From IMG/VR virus record IMGVR_UViG_3300028742_000001: 64,000 nt of DNA; one strand, written 5' to 3'. Under the pieces are notes generated by a model, which saw only the letters and a program-made list of their open reading frames with translations, was not told the origin of the DNA and did not search any database. This DNA comes from a virus. Made by a program: the position numbers and the translations under genes. This document shows positions 30,279-37,795 of the stretch, piece after piece (positions within the stretch are counted from its first letter, which is position 1; each line of letters opens with the position of its first letter).

Positions 30279-31910
30279 CTAAGACCCACAGCTTCCTCCG
30301 CCAGTCAGTGAGCAAATGTCCATCTGCTCCATGAATATTTCGTCCTTATGTTTCATAGCTGTCTTGTACGATACCACACTGAATGGTTGACCGGACCTGC
30401 ACCCATCTGGATAACAAGTAAATCCTCTTAGCTTGGGAAGATATTTCATAAGCATATCTCCAAAACCTTTAACAAGGCTCTCGTTGTTGTACTCTGTGCC
30501 CCATGCCGGTAAATTTAGTGTAGAGCTAATACCGTGGTCTACCCATCTTTGTAGCCACACCTGGAAAGCCACACGTCGCTCTGGTGTCTGTGCCAGCGTG
30601 TAGGCGTCCTCAATAGAGGCAGGATTAACTCCAGCGTCTATCAGCCTTTTAGCTGTGGGGTCCAAAACGTACTGGTACACCCATTCTCCACCTTTAAGGT
30701 ATCTTCGCTTGTAGGCAACACAGAATAGGGGCTCAAGTCCGCCAGTAGTTTCTGCTACAATAGCGATACTTCCTGTAGGGGCAATAGCTCTGGTCTTAAT
30801 TGGTCTGGATATTCCAAGAGCATCGGCAGCGACGTTAGCAATGTCAGTAGATGTTTCGTACACATCTAGATAGGTTGCCAGTTCGTCACTAGGGCCATAC
30901 GGTAGGCCTTTCTTAAGTAACCACTCGTGCAGGCCCATTAATCCAAGTCCTAGTCGTCTGTTACGAGACCTGACCTCTGCCACCTTAGCGTAAGGAATAT
31001 CGCTGTAGACTGTCCCTGCTAGAAGGAACTCTGTTGCATATTTAGTGACATATGCCATTTCTTCTAGGCTTGTAATCTGCGCCATGTTAATTGAAGCCAA
31101 GTTGCAAATATCAGAATCATCGCGGCTGGTAATCTCTGTGCAGGCGTTGCGTAGGTCTTCGCCCTCGTTCTCGCCACAGTCAACAGAGAATCCAGGCTCG
31201 GCAGTCTCTAGCATGTGTCTAACGGTATCCCAGTAGACCCTCTGCGCTACCTCGTGCTTTGGATGATGCGTATTGTTGTACGCAATAAAGAACTCTGTAT
31301 CGAGACCTACTGATATGTTCGTACCGTCCATAGGAGCTGGAAAGTTAAAGTCTTGCGCCTTAAGTGCTTTGACTTCCGGCGACCAATCTTTCATCTTGAT
31401 GAACTTCAGTACATCGGGGTGAGACCATTTGAGTCCGGCCCAGATTGCGGAGCGGCGTGATCCGCCTTGCATAATACCGTTGCCACAACGATTGGTCATT
31501 TCCATAAGGGCCAAAGGTCCGGTAGCAAAGCCTCCTGTGCGTTTAATGATAGAGCCTTCTTCACGGACAAGGCTATACTCGATACCGATACCTGCTCCGG
31601 TCATAAGGGCCATGGCGCACTTCTGAAGGTGATCTGCCCATCCCTCGCGCGAGTCTTCCACGCGCATGAGAAGGCAATTCTGAACCTGATGGAAGTCTCT
31701 ACCTGCGGCGTATAAATACCGACCACCTGGAAGGAACTTTCGTTCGTAGATAATTTTGGCTGTAATCTGAATAGTTTCTTCAGATGCTCCCACAGCGGAG
31801 AGGACATTTCGTGCTACTCGATGGGCTATGTCGTACCATGTTTCTTTGTTGCCGTCTAATTTTATCTGAGCATACTTTTGGAGCATGATCGTTTCAGCGA
31901 ATACACTCAT
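30279..31910 (-). CDS. Ribonucleotide reductase, single-chain (class II NrdJ-like by size and lack of a beta-subunit gene)
   Basis: QVQNCLL, GGSRRSA, RNACTEI (finger-loop Cys), APTGSIA, C-terminal CSLTGGGSCGS. ATG31910 with AAGGAA SD is preferred over the track start 31958. Confidence 0.85.
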   Translation of the reverse strand: MSVFAETIMLQKYAQIKLDGNKETWYDIAHRVARNVLSAVGASEETIQITAKIIYERKFLPGGRYLYAAGRDFHQVQNCLLMRVEDSREGWADHLQKCAMALMTGAGIGIEYSLVREEGSIIKRTGGFATGPLALMEMTNRCGNGIMQGGSRRSAIWAGLKWSHPDVLKFIKMKDWSPEVKALKAQDFNFPAPMDGTNISVGLDTEFFIAYNNTHHPKHEVAQRVYWDTVRHMLETAEPGFSVDCGENEGEDLRNACTEITSRDDSDICNLASINMAQITSLEEMAYVTKYATEFLLAGTVYSDIPYAKVAEVRSRNRRLGLGLMGLHEWLLKKGLPYGPSDELATYLDVYETSTDIANVAADALGISRPIKTRAIAPTGSIAIVAETTGGLEPLFCVAYKRRYLKGGEWVYQYVLDPTAKRLIDAGVNPASIEDAYTLAQTPERRVAFQVWLQRWVDHGISSTLNLPAWGTEYNNESLVKGFGDMLMKYLPKLRGFTCYPDGCRSGQPFSVVSYKTAMKHKDEIFMEQMDICSLTGGGSCGS

Positions 31911-31929
31911 TTGTTGCAATGTGGTTCCT

Positions 31930-32682
31930 TTACAGTACAGCGTGTAATACAAATACAACAGTTACTCCAGCGCCTACGCCTACGCCATACAAGAACGCCT
32001 TAAACTTGCCTTTTCGCGCCTGGGCCTTCACAGTGGAGATTTCTGCCTTGCATGTCTTTTCAGCTTCGACCTGTTGAGTCTGAAGCCCTGTCACCTGGGT
32101 ATGAAGTCCGGTGATTAGATCGTCTGCCGATGCGATCTCCTTATCCTTATTGTCAGAAGTTTGCTGCAAATCACTGACATTGGCCTGGAGGGTAGGTATC
32201 TGTTCAAGTGCCTGCGTGGTTTGCAAAGCCCCGACAGGTGTAACCGTGATACCGGCAGTTGTCGCAGTGATATCTGTGGGTTTGATGTTAGCCAGTTGTG
32301 CCCAGCGGTTGCCGAGGTCCGGCATGGGGAGGGTCGCGTCCGACTTTACCTGCTGCTGAAGGACAACTGTGCGTGTCTGGATGCTTGCAGCAAGCTGGGC
32401 ATTCTGCGCGCCAAGCTGAGCCACGAGCTGTTGGTACTGCTGACCCTGAGCTTGGACCTGGGCAAGGATCGCCGCGTTCTGAGCTTTCGTATCGTTGAGC
32501 TGCTGAACGGCAGCATCCGAGACGGCCTTGTCGTGCGTGGCTTGGTTGTCGAGAATCTTATTACCGACGAAGACAAGCGCGACGATTGCCAGGACGACGA
32601 TGATAAGTCGCTCATGCTGTACAAGCCAACTCTTCGTATTTGTTACATCTGTCTTCACAGAGGTTTCAATTGCTGAGGTCAT
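31930..32682 (-). CDS. Bitopic or double-anchored coiled-coil protein (TM helices at both ends, Gln/Ala-rich centre)
   Basis: LIIVVLAIVALVFV near the N-terminus, FLYGVGVGAGVTVVFVLHAV at the C-terminus, QAQGQQYQQLVAQLGAQNAQL between. Confidence 0.7.
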   Translation of the reverse strand: MTSAIETSVKTDVTNTKSWLVQHERLIIVVLAIVALVFVGNKILDNQATHDKAVSDAAVQQLNDTKAQNAAILAQVQAQGQQYQQLVAQLGAQNAQLAASIQTRTVVLQQQVKSDATLPMPDLGNRWAQLANIKPTDITATTAGITVTPVGALQTTQALEQIPTLQANVSDLQQTSDNKDKEIASADDLITGLHTQVTGLQTQQVEAEKTCKAEISTVKAQARKGKFKAFLYGVGVGAGVTVVFVLHAVL

Positions 32683-33229
32683 GCCGTCTCTTTTCTATCT
32701 CGGCGACTAGTTCTTCTATCGTGAAGTCTTCTATTCGTGCGAGTTTTCTTTGGTTCAGTCTTTGCTCTTTACGGGTGGACCACTTACAATTAGTCGGCTC
32801 GTAGTTTCCATTCACTTCGATACGGTCGATGGTATGAAGCTTAGTAGGTTTTTGACCCATATCCGCTAGAAAATTATCAAAGACTAACCATCTTTCACAT
32901 ATTGTGATACCCCTGCCACCGTAGTGATGATAGGCTCGATTTTTAGGATCGAGGCAACGGCCTTTCATCGCGCACCAGCTATTGTACTCGCTGCTGTGAT
33001 CTTTGGCTCTTGCATGACCGTGACGTAACTGGTTTGGTTGTTCTCTAAAAAGACACCCGCAGCTTCTCACATCGCCGGAGATCAGATTACTTGATGTTAC
33101 GTTCTTATAGGAACCACAATCGCACAGACATCTTAGGCCACACTTACCGTTAGGCATAGTGGCCTTTTCAATTACGATCAGTCTACTGAACTTCCTACCT
33201 ATCAGATCGATAGGTACACCTCTTGGCAT
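32666..33229 (-). CDS. Homing-endonuclease-like DNA-binding protein
   Basis: GRKFSRLIVIE..CLCDCG..SCGC module shared with 14096..14608. YHHYGGRGITICERW. IDRIEVNGNYEPTNCKWST. Confidence 0.7.
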   Translation of the reverse strand: MPRGVPIDLIGRKFSRLIVIEKATMPNGKCGLRCLCDCGSYKNVTSSNLISGDVRSCGCLFREQPNQLRHGHARAKDHSSEYNSWCAMKGRCLDPKNRAYHHYGGRGITICERWLVFDNFLADMGQKPTKLHTIDRIEVNGNYEPTNCKWSTRKEQRLNQRKLARIEDFTIEELVAEIEKRRHDLSN

Positions 33230-33257
33230 CTCTTCTCCTGAGACTAGAAAACGCCCC

Positions 33258-33458
33258 TCACGTGTTTAGTGAGGGGAGGTAGGTAGTCGCATTCATTTGG
33301 CCGTACGTCGGTGCAACGGGTGCGGCGGGTGCCTGATAGTAAAACGTGCCCGTATAGTGTCCAGAGACTTCCGTAAGGAACTCCATGTTCCATCTATTGT
33401 TCGGGTCGTTAGCTAGATCATTTAGGAACAATTCAAGTTCCATAGCTGAACCAAACAT
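33258..33458 (-). CDS. Small hypothetical protein (66 aa)
   Basis: ATG33458. The GTG33497 alternative overlaps the upstream gene. Confidence 0.5.
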   Translation of the reverse strand: MFGSAMELELFLNDLANDPNNRWNMEFLTEVSGHYTGTFYYQAPAAPVAPTYGQMNATTYLPSLNT

Positions 33459-33469
33459 CTTGACCTTGA

Positions 33470-33673
33470 CTAGCTGCTGCACGATGGGTCTCCGCACTGG
33501 CAGTTGTACTTGCTAGGCTCTTCGATAGGATTGAAACGGCTCTTCACAGTCTTACCGTCGATCTTTACAGAGCCCTCGGGCTTCTCGTCAAAGAACTCCT
33601 GAAGGACAGACACGTCCGGCTTGTGTGCATAAGCTGCTGCCTTGGGCAGGTTCTTGTCAATTGGTTTGTTCAT
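33470..33673 (-). CDS. Small hypothetical protein (67 aa)
   Basis: GGAAGGA SD before ATG33673. The longer track ORF N-terminus (MACFRV...) is replaced by 33657..33830. Confidence 0.55.
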   Translation of the reverse strand: MNKPIDKNLPKAAAYAHKPDVSVLQEFFDEKPEGSVKIDGKTVKSRFNPIEEPSKYNCQCGDPSCSS

Positions 33674-33830
33674 AGTCCTTCCATGCTGCCCTTGCAGTCT
33701 TACCGACGCCCAGGCATAGTTCCCATTTCTCATCGAGAACGGGTCCATGTGCTTTGCTGTGACGAATGATACCCTGAAACACGCCATAGCCGCTCTTATC
33801 TTCTAGCTGCCTACAATAGACTGGATTCAT
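33657..33830 (-). CDS. Small hypothetical protein (57 aa), not in the ORF track
   Basis: ATGA overlap with 33827..34048. MNPVYCRQLEDKSGYGVFQGIIRHSKAHGPVLDEKWELCLGVGKTARAAWKDYEQTN. Confidence 0.5.
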   Translation of the reverse strand: MNPVYCRQLEDKSGYGVFQGIIRHSKAHGPVLDEKWELCLGVGKTARAAWKDYEQTN

Positions 33831-34048
33831 AATCTGTTTCTATCCTTCGGGCTTTCTAAGATGAACCCACGCTCATTCAAGAGCAGTGCGGCCATCTGCC
33901 GGACTTCATGAGACAGCGGCATATCTTTCTCATCATTACTGATGAGGAACTTCACCAGACGCTTGCCTGTTATCTGTTTGCGACGGAGTGCGGCGTTAGC
34001 CTCATCGGTCAACTTTACGAATTGCGGCAGCTTATTCGGTAGTCTCAT
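33827..34048 (-). CDS. Small hypothetical protein (73 aa)
   Basis: AAGGAAA SD before the ATG. Confidence 0.6.
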   Translation of the reverse strand: MRLPNKLPQFVKLTDEANAALRRKQITGKRLVKFLISNDEKDMPLSHEVRQMAALLLNERGFILESPKDRNRL

Positions 34049-34060
34049 TTTGATTTCCTT

Positions 34061-34420
34061 TTAGAACGGGACATCATCGTCGTTTATGTCTTGACCAATT
34101 GCTGCGGCTTCTGGGTTCTTATTATTATTACTTTCAATCTCGATTTGTAAAGCAGCCAGAGCCCTCCAGGCTGCTTTCGTAGAGTGAAGATGGCCGTCGA
34201 TATCCACTGTTCCGGCCTCTAGTAGGTGCCTCATGAGGGTATCGTGGTGGTCGCTAGACTTATCACGTGACCAGTGTAAAGGTTGCCCTGGATTATGCTG
34301 TAAATTACCTTGGTACGAAAGCGATGCTACGGCAGCTAATGCATCTGGAAAATACTTCATCAATCCTGAGTAAAGCGGTATAGCCTTTCGAGCTGCCGCT
34401 TCAGTTGGTAGGTGTGGCAT
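34061..34420 (-). CDS. DUF5664-like protein (family of the dATP/dGTP diphosphohydrolase N-terminal domain)
   Basis: KAIPLYSGLMKYFPDALAAVASLSYQGNLQHNPGQPLHWSRDKSSDHHDTLMRHLLEAGTVDIDGHLHSTKAAWRALAALQIE fits the remembered family pattern (P.AL..VA....G..K....W.......D...RHL....D..G..H...A.W..LA.LQ). Confidence 0.55.
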   Translation of the reverse strand: MPHLPTEAAARKAIPLYSGLMKYFPDALAAVASLSYQGNLQHNPGQPLHWSRDKSSDHHDTLMRHLLEAGTVDIDGHLHSTKAAWRALAALQIEIESNNNKNPEAAAIGQDINDDDVPF

Positions 34421-34438
34421 GGACCTCCATCCATTTTG

Positions 34439-34681
34439 CTATCTGACAAGGTGACGTCTCTCTACGAAACCACGATACCCACGGTTTGTCTTGTCTGCTA
34501 TCCAGTATCCAAGGCGGTCTAGTAATTCGTACCACCACGTATACCGTACGACATAGCCGCACCAAGGATCGACACCGACGAGGATATGGAGCTGCCCGTC
34601 AATGTCAATCAGTGAGCCTATTTCAATCTCCGCGAACGCTAGTTTGTACTCCTCGTTCGGGAAAAACTTATGAATCCTCAT
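34439..34681 (-). CDS. Small hypothetical protein (80 aa)
   Basis: ATG34681 (MRIHKFF...), overlapping 34668..34838 by 14 nt. Confidence 0.55.
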   Translation of the reverse strand: MRIHKFFPNEEYKLAFAEIEIGSLIDIDGQLHILVGVDPWCGYVVRYTWWYELLDRLGYWIADKTNRGYRGFVERRHLVR

Positions 34682-34838
34682 CCGGTCTCCTGATGAAACG
34701 GTCGTACAGCCTGTCCCACCAGAAGTAACGCTCGACCGCAATGGCCGTACTCGTCATCTTGGTGACCTTATAAGTCTTACCGTCGTGGTTTACGATCTGT
34801 CCAACGGTAGGTTTTTCTTCTGAGTAAGATAGTCCCAT
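34668..34838 (-). CDS. Small hypothetical protein (56 aa), not in the ORF track; leaderless
   Basis: MGLSYSEEKPTVGQIVNHDGKTYKVTKMTSTAIAVERYFWWDRLYDRFIRRPDEDS. The ATG begins 7 nt after the -10 hexamer. Confidence 0.5.
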   Translation of the reverse strand: MGLSYSEEKPTVGQIVNHDGKTYKVTKMTSTAIAVERYFWWDRLYDRFIRRPDEDS

Positions 34839-34844
34839 GTAACT

Positions 34845-34873
34845 ACTCTACCACATAGGACTATATTTGTCAA
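34845..34873 (-). promoter_or_regulatory. Sigma70-type promoter TTGACA-N17-TAGAGT (TGg extended -10)
   Basis: Minus strand reads ggcTTGACAaatatagtcctatgtggTAGAGTagttacATG. Confidence 0.7.
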
Positions 34874-35133
34874 GCCTCGATTATAGAAACTACGTCATTA
34901 GCAGTACCGATAATCCAAATCTCATTTGTGTTACCTGAACGACAAGGGATCGTGACTGTGACTCCGGCCCCTAGAAGGAAACCAGTACTGGCCGTTACTG
35001 CCGCTGTTGAGCCTACTGATATAGCAGCCGAGTTACCGGCTTTACCAGCGAGGGTAATAGAATTGAGTACCGGGTTACTGGGAAATTGCTGCGCCGTACC
35101 GGTTGCTGTAAGTTGAAAGGCTACTAATGCCAT
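34870..35133 (-). CDS. Small beta-rich hypothetical protein (87 aa)
   Basis: AAGGAAG SD. Ala/Gly/Thr/Ser-rich sequence. Confidence 0.65.
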   Translation of the reverse strand: MALVAFQLTATGTAQQFPSNPVLNSITLAGKAGNSAAISVGSTAAVTASTGFLLGAGVTVTIPCRSGNTNEIWIIGTANDVVSIIEA

Positions 35134-35145
35134 TTGTTCTTCCTT

Positions 35146-36540
35146 TTAGTCTGCGTTATAGAAGGCCATGTTTATCAGGCCCAGGATGTTGTTCCATGCA
35201 TACGACTCAGCCGTCTTGATGTTGCCGACGTAGTTATTCGCAGCATGCCACGCATCGGGTTCGCACAGCGCCGGTAACGTGCGTACTCGTACGCCATGAT
35301 ATTCCTGTACCATCGTCTGATGGATATGTCCAGTGTGACACTCGCGGAACGTAGTGTCTGCCCACATCTGCTTCTCTTCTTGCGCCATTGTCAGCGGGTA
35401 GTCCGGCTTCTTACCGGTGTTGCCGTGTGTGAACATCAGCATCACTTCGCCCCATTGGAAATACTTTCTTTCCTTTGGTTCGCAGTTGACTTCGACGTCT
35501 TCGTAACCGTGGAAGCGCATCTTGAGAGAATCAGCTAGGTGCCATGCGCTCAGCTTATCGTGGTTGCCTGGGCAAGACATAACGTAGACCGGAGCGATCT
35601 CTCGAAGCTGATTGATTACGTCGATGACCTTATTGCGTAGCTTGACGAAGGTCTTGTAGTACCTGCTATCGTTATCCTGTCGCGTGCCGCCTGTCGTGTT
35701 GCCCTCAAGCGTATCTGCGTTCTGCATATCATTGCCAACAACGAATAGAACCTTGTCGAACTTTATATGAGCGTTACGTGCGATCAATGCATCTACTGCG
35801 TCTTGGAAGACATCGAGAGCGATATTTGTATCGTAGTCCTTGTATCCGGTCTCGCGGTTCCAAGCTAACTTGCCTGCGTGAAGATCCGGGATATTAATCT
35901 CTAGCAGGTTACCTGTCAGTCCACCGAGGTGCTTTACTGCGCGAACCTTTACAGCGTTTAGATTAGAAAGCGCCGCGTCACGCATTGCTGCGATTTCGTT
36001 CTTGGCAAACTCCTTCGACTTGTTGCGGACGAGGGTAGCCTTCAACCGGTAGAGCGGGGTGATGATCGGGTCAGTAGTCTCGCGAGACCAGTTACCACTC
36101 TCACCGACAGCCTTCGGAAAGCCTGCCATCTCCCATTTGGTACATTCCCAACGTTCAACCTCCCAGATATCGTGATCAACCTCACAGAACGCCAACAGCT
36201 CGGGGAGCGTATGGATACGTGTCTTGGGGAAGCTTACGTTGATCTTGTCCTGGCCGACGTGTTCGACTGTCTCGCCGAGCACTGCCTTCTGCTCCGAAGC
36301 TTGTGGCTCAGGTGCATCGGGTCCGACGTATGGTGTCTGCTTGTTATCTGTCGTTGTCTTCTTTGTTCTGAGTCCGGCTACGTAAAGGAACTCTCTGAAA
36401 TTTCGGAAGGTCTTGCGCCACTCGCGTTCACTGAAGCTTCCATGCTTGCGGTAGAACTCGCGGCTCAAAAGACCGGGGTGTTTCTGGTCGAGCTGCTGGA
36501 CATCTGCGATTAGTTTTGCTCGAAGTGTTTCACCTGCCAT
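35146..36540 (-). CDS. Metallophosphoesterase (SbcD/Mre11-like motifs) with about 200-aa N-terminal extension
   Basis: IPDLHAG, VVGNDMQ, CPGNHDK, FTHGNTG, HTGHIH. N-terminal SREFYRKHGSFSEREWRKTFRNFREFLYVAGL resembles a homing-endonuclease-associated repeat. Confidence 0.8.
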   Translation of the reverse strand: MAGETLRAKLIADVQQLDQKHPGLLSREFYRKHGSFSEREWRKTFRNFREFLYVAGLRTKKTTTDNKQTPYVGPDAPEPQASEQKAVLGETVEHVGQDKINVSFPKTRIHTLPELLAFCEVDHDIWEVERWECTKWEMAGFPKAVGESGNWSRETTDPIITPLYRLKATLVRNKSKEFAKNEIAAMRDAALSNLNAVKVRAVKHLGGLTGNLLEINIPDLHAGKLAWNRETGYKDYDTNIALDVFQDAVDALIARNAHIKFDKVLFVVGNDMQNADTLEGNTTGGTRQDNDSRYYKTFVKLRNKVIDVINQLREIAPVYVMSCPGNHDKLSAWHLADSLKMRFHGYEDVEVNCEPKERKYFQWGEVMLMFTHGNTGKKPDYPLTMAQEEKQMWADTTFRECHTGHIHQTMVQEYHGVRVRTLPALCEPDAWHAANNYVGNIKTAESYAWNNILGLINMAFYNAD

Positions 36541-36579
36541 GCCCCTCCTTTGGGGATTTGCATTTCATGCCGTACTCCA

Positions 36580-36608
36580 ATACTACACCATCACAGGCTA
36601 TTTGTCAA
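36580..36608 (-). promoter_or_regulatory. Sigma70-type promoter TTGACA-N17-TAGTAT (second TTGACA 7 nt upstream)
   Basis: Minus strand reads gaaTTGACAcTTGACAaatagcctgtgatggtgTAGTAT, then a leader with AAGGAGGGG SD before ATG36540. Confidence 0.7.
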
Positions 36609-36954
36609 GTGTCAATTCAACTACTTCAACTACTGTTGACTTGGGCTTGGCCGGTTGCCGTTTACGGGGTGTCTTACGGGGGGCACGCGATCTTGCAGGT
36701 TCCATCACATCGTACTGCGGACGGTATTGCGAGTAGCGTACATCGTTACGGAGTTCTTTGATTTGCTCGACTAACTGCGTGGTCTGCCCTTGCAGGTCGC
36801 CGCGCAAGGATGTGATGCCAACGTGAATCTCTTTGAGGTCTTTCTCTCGGATGTCTTTGACCCAATTGAATCCCTTGAAGATTGCCCACAGGAATGATAG
36901 GAGTGCCAGCCAGAATTTTGACTGTTCGTATATGACTTCAGGTGAGAGCATCAT
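36598..36954 (-). CDS. N-terminally anchored coiled-coil protein with basic tail (spanin-like position)
   Basis: SKFWLALLSFLWAIF TM helix. C-terminal RSRAPRKTPRKRQPAKPK. ATGA overlap with the upstream gene. Confidence 0.6.
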   Translation of the reverse strand: MMLSPEVIYEQSKFWLALLSFLWAIFKGFNWVKDIREKDLKEIHVGITSLRGDLQGQTTQLVEQIKELRNDVRYSQYRPQYDVMEPARSRAPRKTPRKRQPAKPKSTVVEVVELTLDK

Positions 36955-37292
36955 GCTGGCGTATCCCCTATTGGTGATGGACTGACATTCGCTGTGCCTG
37001 TTGAATTGACAGTAATGGCTGATGGAACATTAGGCTTGAGTGCCTTGGCTGCGCTTTTAGCTTGGTTGGCAGCATACGCGCTCTGGCCTGCTACAAGAAA
37101 TGTACCTGGGCCTGTTAAATCTGGCGGCAATGCGTGGCTGTGAATGACAACATATGTAACCCATCCAAACACAAATATAGCAGTCCAGAAACCTAAGTAC
37201 CTACTGTAAGAACCAATCCCGTCCTCCGAAAGGATTTCCTTCAGCGGCGGCATTTTCAAATGGCCAAAAGCCGCGCCGATCTGTTTGAACAT
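36951..37292 (-). CDS. Membrane protein (holin candidate)
   Basis: Hydrophobic segment YLGFWTAIFVFGWVTYVVI. Lies directly after the putative hydrolase. Confidence 0.55.
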   Translation of the reverse strand: MFKQIGAAFGHLKMPPLKEILSEDGIGSYSRYLGFWTAIFVFGWVTYVVIHSHALPPDLTGPGTFLVAGQSAYAANQAKSAAKALKPNVPSAITVNSTGTANVSPSPIGDTPA

Positions 37293-37308
37293 AACTCCTC
37301 CTACTTGG

Positions 37309-37710
37309 TTATTTAAATATCATCAAAGAGTTCATCGACCCTATAGATGGATGTCTTTCTTTATCCGCAAGAATCTTTTCCTTAAAGAAGGGAGTCTCTA
37401 TCTTTGTAGTGTCCGCCCAATATAAACCACCTTTGGAGTAGTCTTGGGTTCCATCAAATATACCTTCTACTTCGTGTAAAAGTTTTACGAACTGAGGTTC
37501 CCAAATGGCAGGACTACCCCCTGGCTGCTCAAAGGTTGCAGAGTACTTAGGGATGTTGTCTATACATTCTGACCATGTACCCCAACCTAATCTAAATCTA
37601 TTAGCAATGCACGATCCTATCATGCACGAAGCGAGGTGCCCACCGAACGTATTTCCATGCTGCCACATAACTGTGACTAGTTTGCTTTTTTGCCAGTCAT
37701 CTTGCCTCAA
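37309..37710 (-). CDS. Putative cell-wall hydrolase (SleB/Hydrolase_2-like); low-confidence function
   Basis: CMIGSCIANRFRLGWGTWSECI...KYSATFEQPG...GGLYWAD loosely matches the SleB-type pattern. TTG start. AT-richer than neighbours. Confidence 0.45.
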   Translation of the reverse strand: MRQDDWQKSKLVTVMWQHGNTFGGHLASCMIGSCIANRFRLGWGTWSECIDNIPKYSATFEQPGGSPAIWEPQFVKLLHEVEGIFDGTQDYSKGGLYWADTTKIETPFFKEKILADKERHPSIGSMNSLMIFK

Positions 37711-37750
37711 AATATGGCTACCCTACTTTCCCTCTTCGATGCCTAAGATA

Positions 37751-37786
37751 CTAGGCAACTCAGACATTTATGTCCAAATTGCCTAG
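37751..37786 (-). terminator. Hairpin after the 1190-aa gene (possible terminator or processing site)
   Basis: CTAGGCAA ... TTGCCTAG 8-bp outer stem plus GACA-taaa-TGTC inner stem. Confidence 0.4.
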
Positions 37787-37795
37787 CATTGTAGG

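Noticed and set aside
34061-34420. Z-genome (2-aminoadenine) pathway, suggested by the DUF5664-like and MazG-like genes.
   Set aside because: No PurZ-like adenylosuccinate-synthetase homologue and no HD-domain dATPase is visible in the window.
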